Source: Candidatus Sulfotelmatobacter sp.
GTDB taxonomy: Bacteria > Acidobacteriota > Terriglobia > Terriglobales > Acidobacteriaceae
Direction: 5' to 3'
NCBI GenBank assembly: GCA_036490405.1
Contig: DASXDY010000059.1
Span: 10,941-74,940, forward strand
DNA: 64,000 nt
Below the pieces are notes generated by a model. It was not told the DNA's origin. It ran no database searches and saw nothing but the letters and a program-made list of their open reading frames with translations. The translations under genes were made by a program, and so were the position numbers. Shown here in pieces: positions 59,912 through 64,000 of this stretch. The first letter of the stretch is position 1; each line of letters starts with the position of its first letter.

Positions 59912-61000
59912 ATGAACACGAGCAGCCGTCTCAAGTTTCTGGACCGTTACCTGACATTGTGGATTTTCGTGGCGATGGCGATTGGCGTCGCTCTCGGCTA
60001 CTGGGTCCCGGGGGTCGTACCATTTCTAAGCCGGTTCAGCATCGGGACGACTTCCATTCCAATCGCCATCGGCCTGATTGTGATGATGTATCCCCCCTTC
60101 ACGAAGGTGCGATACGAAGAGCTGCCGGAAGTGTTTCGCAACAAGAAAGTGCTCGGCCTGTCTCTGGTGCAGAACTGGGTGGTAGGCCCCGTTCTGATGT
60201 TCGTTCTCGCGATTGTGTTTCTGCGGAACTATCCGGAATACATGGCGGGCCTGATCATGATCGGCCTCGCCCGATGCATCGCGATGGTGATTGTCTGGAA
60301 CGAACTGGCGAAGGGCGACACGGAATACGCTGCCGGCCTGGTGGCATTCAACTCGCTGTTTCAGGTATTTTTCTATTCCGTTTATGCCTGGGTCTTCATC
60401 ACAGTGCTTCCCGCCAAACTCGGGTTGAGAGGCGCGGTCGTCGACGTTTCTATCGCCGAGATTGCGAAAAGCGTTTTCGTTTATCTGGGCATCCCGTGCA
60501 TCGCGGGATTTGCGACACGGGCAACCCTGGTTCGTGTTCGCGGCCGGGAGTGGTACGAGCAGACATTTGTTCCTCGTGTAAGTCCCCTGACCCTGATCGC
60601 GCTACTGTTCACCATTGTGGTGATGTTTTCTTTGAAAGGCGAGTACATTGTGCGCCTTCCGCTGGATGTGCTGCGCATCGCGGTCCCGCTCCTGATCTAC
60701 TTTGTTCTGATGTTTCTGGTCTCGTTCTACATGGGCAAGAAGTTGGGTGCGGACTACTCGAAGACCACTACGCTCGCGTTTACGGCCGCGTCGAACAACT
60801 TCGAACTAGCCATTGCGGTGGCGGTCTCAGTATTTGGAATCAATTCGGGAGCGGCCTTCGCCGCAGTCATCGGGCCGCTGGTCGAGGTACCGGTGATGAT
60901 CGGACTTGTGAACGTCGCTTTCTACTTTCAGCGACGTTACTTTCCAGAAGCCACCGGGGCGGCAGAGATGAAACCGTTGTGCGTCACCTCGGCCAGGTAG
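59912..61000 (+). CDS. acr3: ACR3-family arsenite efflux permease
   Basis: [10 protein letters not shown]...[14 protein letters not shown]...[14 protein letters not shown]3 pattern. An alternative GTG 59891 overlaps the arsC stop. Confidence 0.85.
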   Translation: MNTSSRLKFLDRYLTLWIFVAMAIGVALGYWVPGVVPFLSRFSIGTTSIPIAIGLIVMMYPPFTKVRYEELPEVFRNKKVLGLSLVQNWVVGPVLMFVLAIVFLRNYPEYMAGLIMIGLARCIAMVIVWNELAKGDTEYAAGLVAFNSLFQVFFYSVYAWVFITVLPAKLGLRGAVVDVSIAEIAKSVFVYLGIPCIAGFATRATLVRVRGREWYEQTFVPRVSPLTLIALLFTIVVMFSLKGEYIVRLPLDVLRIAVPLLIYFVLMFLVSFYMGKKLGADYSKTTTLAFTAASNNFELAIAVAVSVFGINSGAAFAAVIGPLVEVPVMIGLVNVAFYFQRRYFPEATGAAEMKPLCVTSAR

Positions 61001-61163
61001 GGAGGCAGACAATCACAGCCGTTGGGGTAAGATCGCCACAATGTCCATTTGACCGGATGTGAACGGGAGTCGCCAGATCGTCATGCGTGCGCGGCGCCAG
61101 CGCCGGATGCGTAGAATAGAGCGGACGCGCGGTTAAGAATTTAGTGACCAAGAGGGGGAGCGG

Positions 61164-61358
61164 GTGGCTATGGAAAAGCAGGACGAGCACAATCCCGAGT
61201 CAAATCAAGGCAAAGTCGAGGGACACATCAGAAGTGCCCAGCAGATTCTCAAGGCGCTGGAAGAAAAGATAGGAGAGCATCCGGAGATCGGAGCGGCCAT
61301 TACGAAGCTGGAGATGGCGCTGAACGATCTGGCGATCCAGACCGGCGGCCTGCTGTAG
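61164..61358 (+). CDS. hypothetical small helical protein (64 aa)
   Basis: GGGGGA SD upstream. Coding-like composition. No family recognised. Confidence 0.4.
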   Translation: MAMEKQDEHNPESNQGKVEGHIRSAQQILKALEEKIGEHPEIGAAITKLEMALNDLAIQTGGLL

Positions 61359-61720
61359 AGAGGGCGGCCTGTGTAGAGAGGGGATCGCGGCGCGCAGTCA
61401 GCCGATCACGGCGATCAATCTTGCCTACGCTCAGTGGGCCGGTGCCTTCGGCCCGCTGTCTTCCCCGGTATCTTCGGCAGCAACACCCAGTGACCGTTGT
61501 AACGTCTGCGCCTTCTACTCTCTGCTATACTGATCTCGACGCTACTAATTACGGTTTGCTCGTCACGCGGTAGTCGCTGTCTCAGACTAGATTCATCTCC
61601 GCCCACCTTGCCCGCCGTTTATTTACGCGAAATCCAGAACTAAATGCGAGCGGCAGTGCGACTCTTGACGTGTGTCAGAGTGTGCGTGACAACTTCCCCT
61701 CCAGAAAGAAAACAAATCGA

Positions 61721-62917
61721 ATGACCACATTTTCAGAACTGCCCCTGTCGTCTGCATTGCAGCAGAGACTGGCGGCAGGTCAATTTATCAACCTTACCCC
61801 CATCCAGGAAGGCGCCATTCCTCCTGCACTACAAGGCCGAGACGTCATCGGCACCGCCCAGACCGGCACCGGCAAGACCCTGGCATTTCTCATTCCGCTG
61901 ATTGAAACCCTGCGGCAACAGCCGTCGCAGTCTACCGTTGCCCTGGTGTTGCTGCCGACCCGCGAACTGGCGATTCAGGTGGAGGAACAATACGAGCAAC
62001 TGCGCGCGAAAACGATGCCCCGCGCCGCGCTCGTCATCGGAGGCGTATCGGAAAAGGCGCAGATCCAGAGTCTGCGCGCCGGCGCCCCCCTGGTCATTGC
62101 CACTCCGGGACGATTACAGGACCTGATGAATCGCAAGTTCGCCAATCTGCGAAACGTCAAAATGCTGGTGCTCGACGAAGCCGATCGCATGCTCGACATG
62201 GGATTCCTGCCCGCGATCCGGCGCATTCTGTCGGCCCTCCCTGAAAAACGCCAGACGCTGTGTTTCTCGGCCACCATGGAACAGTCCGTCGCCGGCCTGG
62301 TGAATGAGTACATGCGCGATCCGGTCCGCGTCGCTTTGGGATCGGTGCTCAAGCCCGCGGAAAGCGTGCAACTCCAGGCCTACGAAGTGCGGCCAGGAGA
62401 GAAACTCGACCTGCTTCGTCAATTGCTCTATGCGGAAAAAGGCCAGACTCTGATCTTCACCCGCACCAAGCGCGGCGCCGATCGTCTGGCGAAGGACCTG
62501 GTGCGCGACGGTTTCGCGGCAGCCATCATTCATGGCGACCGCTCACAATCACAGCGCAACGGGGCCCTGAACGGTTTTCAGGAAGGCCGCTTCCAGGTGC
62601 TGGTTGCGACCGATGTCGCATCCCGCGGCCTGCATGTGGATGACGTGGCCCACGTGATTAACTACGATGTGCCCAAAATGGCGGAAGATTTCATCCATCG
62701 CGTTGGCCGCACGGGCAGGGCCGGTCTTCAGGGACGCGCCTCCACCCTGGCGGCAGGAGCCGAGGTGCTGGAATTGCGCCAGATCGAACGCACTCTCAAG
62801 CTGAAGATCGAACGCATGCAGACCGAGACGGCAACCGGCGCGCCTCCGAGGCGAATGATTCAAAATACGCTGGCCTCGCGGACTTTGACTGCCTTGCCGG
62901 GAGAAGTATTCGTATAG
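61721..62917 (+). CDS. DEAD-box ATP-dependent RNA helicase (RhlE-like)
   Basis: Q-motif F..L, AQTGTGKT, PTRELA, DEAD, SAT, HRVGRTGRAG. Confidence 0.9.
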   Translation: MTTFSELPLSSALQQRLAAGQFINLTPIQEGAIPPALQGRDVIGTAQTGTGKTLAFLIPLIETLRQQPSQSTVALVLLPTRELAIQVEEQYEQLRAKTMPRAALVIGGVSEKAQIQSLRAGAPLVIATPGRLQDLMNRKFANLRNVKMLVLDEADRMLDMGFLPAIRRILSALPEKRQTLCFSATMEQSVAGLVNEYMRDPVRVALGSVLKPAESVQLQAYEVRPGEKLDLLRQLLYAEKGQTLIFTRTKRGADRLAKDLVRDGFAAAIIHGDRSQSQRNGALNGFQEGRFQVLVATDVASRGLHVDDVAHVINYDVPKMAEDFIHRVGRTGRAGLQGRASTLAAGAEVLELRQIERTLKLKIERMQTETATGAPPRRMIQNTLASRTLTALPGEVFV

Positions 62918-63095
62918 CGTCGCAACCATGGTTGCCGGGGCGTTCGGTCTAATAGCCCCGGCTCCGCTTCGCCATCCCAACTTTATCCTGCCATCCTGAC
63001 TTTATTCTGAGGAATTCCAGAAACATTCGGCCCGGTGAAGGGAAGCGGAAGGTGAATCACGCGAGGAATTTCTCGTGCAAGGCAGGAAGCAGTTA

Positions 63096-63296
63096 GGTAG
63101 TGGCTCAGTTTGAATTCTGAATCCTGGAGGGGCGTCATCCCGAAGTTCCCGCGTTCTTACCAGCGGGCCGAGGGATCTCCCGTTGCACAAAGCGTCGTAG
63201 CGGGAGATCCTTCGCTCCGCCTGAAGAACGGCTACGCTCAGGATGACCTGCGAGGATGAGTAAGTACTCCTTCTGAAATTCAGGCTGAGCCACTAT
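63096..63296. repeat. MITE-like nested palindrome, about 200-bp class (copy B)
   Basis: GGTAGTGGCTCAGTTTGAATTC...GAAATTCAGGCTGAGCCACTAT. The internal sequence is near-identical to copy A (GCGTTCTTACCAGCGGGCCGAGGGATCTCCCGT...). Confidence 0.8.
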
Positions 63297-63302
63297 CAGC
63301 AG

Positions 63303-63791
63303 TTAGCTTTTCTTTTTGAATCGAAGGATCGGCGCGTCTGCTGTCCGGCGGCCGCTCGAAGATAGCCGCTGGAATTGATCGGCTCGATCGAGGTCAGCAC
63401 GAAGACTCCGGTTAAGCGATTCCATGGTCGCTGTCAGTACTTTTCGCGCCGCGGTCAACTCGCTTCGCAGTAGCAGCGTCTCCTCGTGAAGCCGGTGCAT
63501 TTGCGTTACTTCCTGCCTGAATCCCTTAAGCATTACTCTGTTGTCGATGGCATGAACGGATAATCTAAATTCGTCGCGAACCGGGCTGGTTTTAACCCAG
63601 GCGTTAATCTCGGCCCTTATGGCAATCACTGCTCCTCCGCTCTTGCCGGGGACCTTGCCAGCAGGCCGGCGGATTGGCAGCCGCATTTCTCGCTCATAGC
63701 GTTGCACCGTGCGAACGCCCTTTCCCATGTAGCTCGCGATATCCTTCCAGCCACTGAAAATCTCAATGTTTTGGGCTCGCTCTGGGGCCAT
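63303..63791 (-). CDS. hypothetical DNA-binding (HTH/excisionase-like N-terminus) coiled-coil protein
   Basis: WKDIASYMGKGVRTVQRYEREMRLPIRRP HTH-like segment, then a helical region. ATG 63791 is preferred because the upstream extension overlaps the next gene end. Confidence 0.6.
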   Translation of the reverse strand: MAPERAQNIEIFSGWKDIASYMGKGVRTVQRYEREMRLPIRRPAGKVPGKSGGAVIAIRAEINAWVKTSPVRDEFRLSVHAIDNRVMLKGFRQEVTQMHRLHEETLLLRSELTAARKVLTATMESLNRSLRADLDRADQFQRLSSSGRRTADAPILRFKKKS

Positions 63792-63879
63792 ATGGATACC
63801 GATTCTCGAAACGTAATTCGAATTCCCAAGTAAAAAAACACTCTTAAATCCGGATGTCGAGAGCCATCCTCCCGACTGG

Positions 63880-64000
63880 CTATAGGGTTTGACCAAGCCC
63901 TTGAAGATCGGCCCGCAGCTTTGCCAGGTTAACCTCGAGTCTGTCTCGCTCGGTGCCAGTTAACTCGACCCGTCCCTGGAGACGAGCAATTGTGTCATAA
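63880..64000 (-). CDS. 3' end of an unidentified gene (last 39 codons, coiled-coil-like)
   Basis: Open frame to the window edge: ..YDTIARLQGRVELTGTERDRLEVNLAKLRADLQGLGQTL then TAG (63882-63880). Confidence 0.3.
   Translation of the reverse strand, partial: YDTIARLQGRVELTGTERDRLEVNLAKLRADLQGLGQTL

Overview
GC-rich bacterial chromosomal segment. The gene content and the very dense REP/MITE-like intergenic repeats (GTCATCCTGAGCG..., CCTCTGTGGTTAAAGG...) suggest an Acidobacteriota (Terriglobia-type) genome; this is an inference. I can support about 63 protein-coding genes, 2 tRNAs (Gly-CCC, Gln-CUG), one aberrant tRNA-like gene, one IS3-family insertion sequence and more than 25 copies of four short repeat families. 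Housekeeping genes: metH, a UbiD-family decarboxylase, isolated nuoI and nuoB, a split LigD (ligase plus polymerase), an aminotransferase, a TonB-dependent receptor, M28 and S9 peptidases, an amidase and a DEAD-box helicase. Accessory and regulatory genes: an arsR-arsM-arsC-acr3 operon, vapBC, an ECF sigma/anti-sigma pair with a duplicated candidate ECF promoter, an XdhC/MocA Moco-maturation cluster, and an fRMsr-thioredoxin-Nudix operon. Most interesting observations: (i) an Nramp-family transporter with Mg-type (NRMT-like) site residues next to a membrane-less MgtE-N/CBS protein; (ii) a 90-nt tRNASec/allo-tRNA-like gene abutted by the IS3 end, near a lower-GC, ORF-free 600-bp region with a strong terminator upstream of xdhC; (iii) a nested-palindrome MITE family, including a perfect 28-bp inverted repeat and an RBS duplication inside an ABC operon; (iv) a GAF-TonB fusion, an RGG-box P-loop kinase, an exported NADAR-like protein, and small basic proteins with a repeated IAAAQRARWAKVK motif. 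All functional calls come from reading the translated ORFs and the DNA by eye; no database search or folding program was run.
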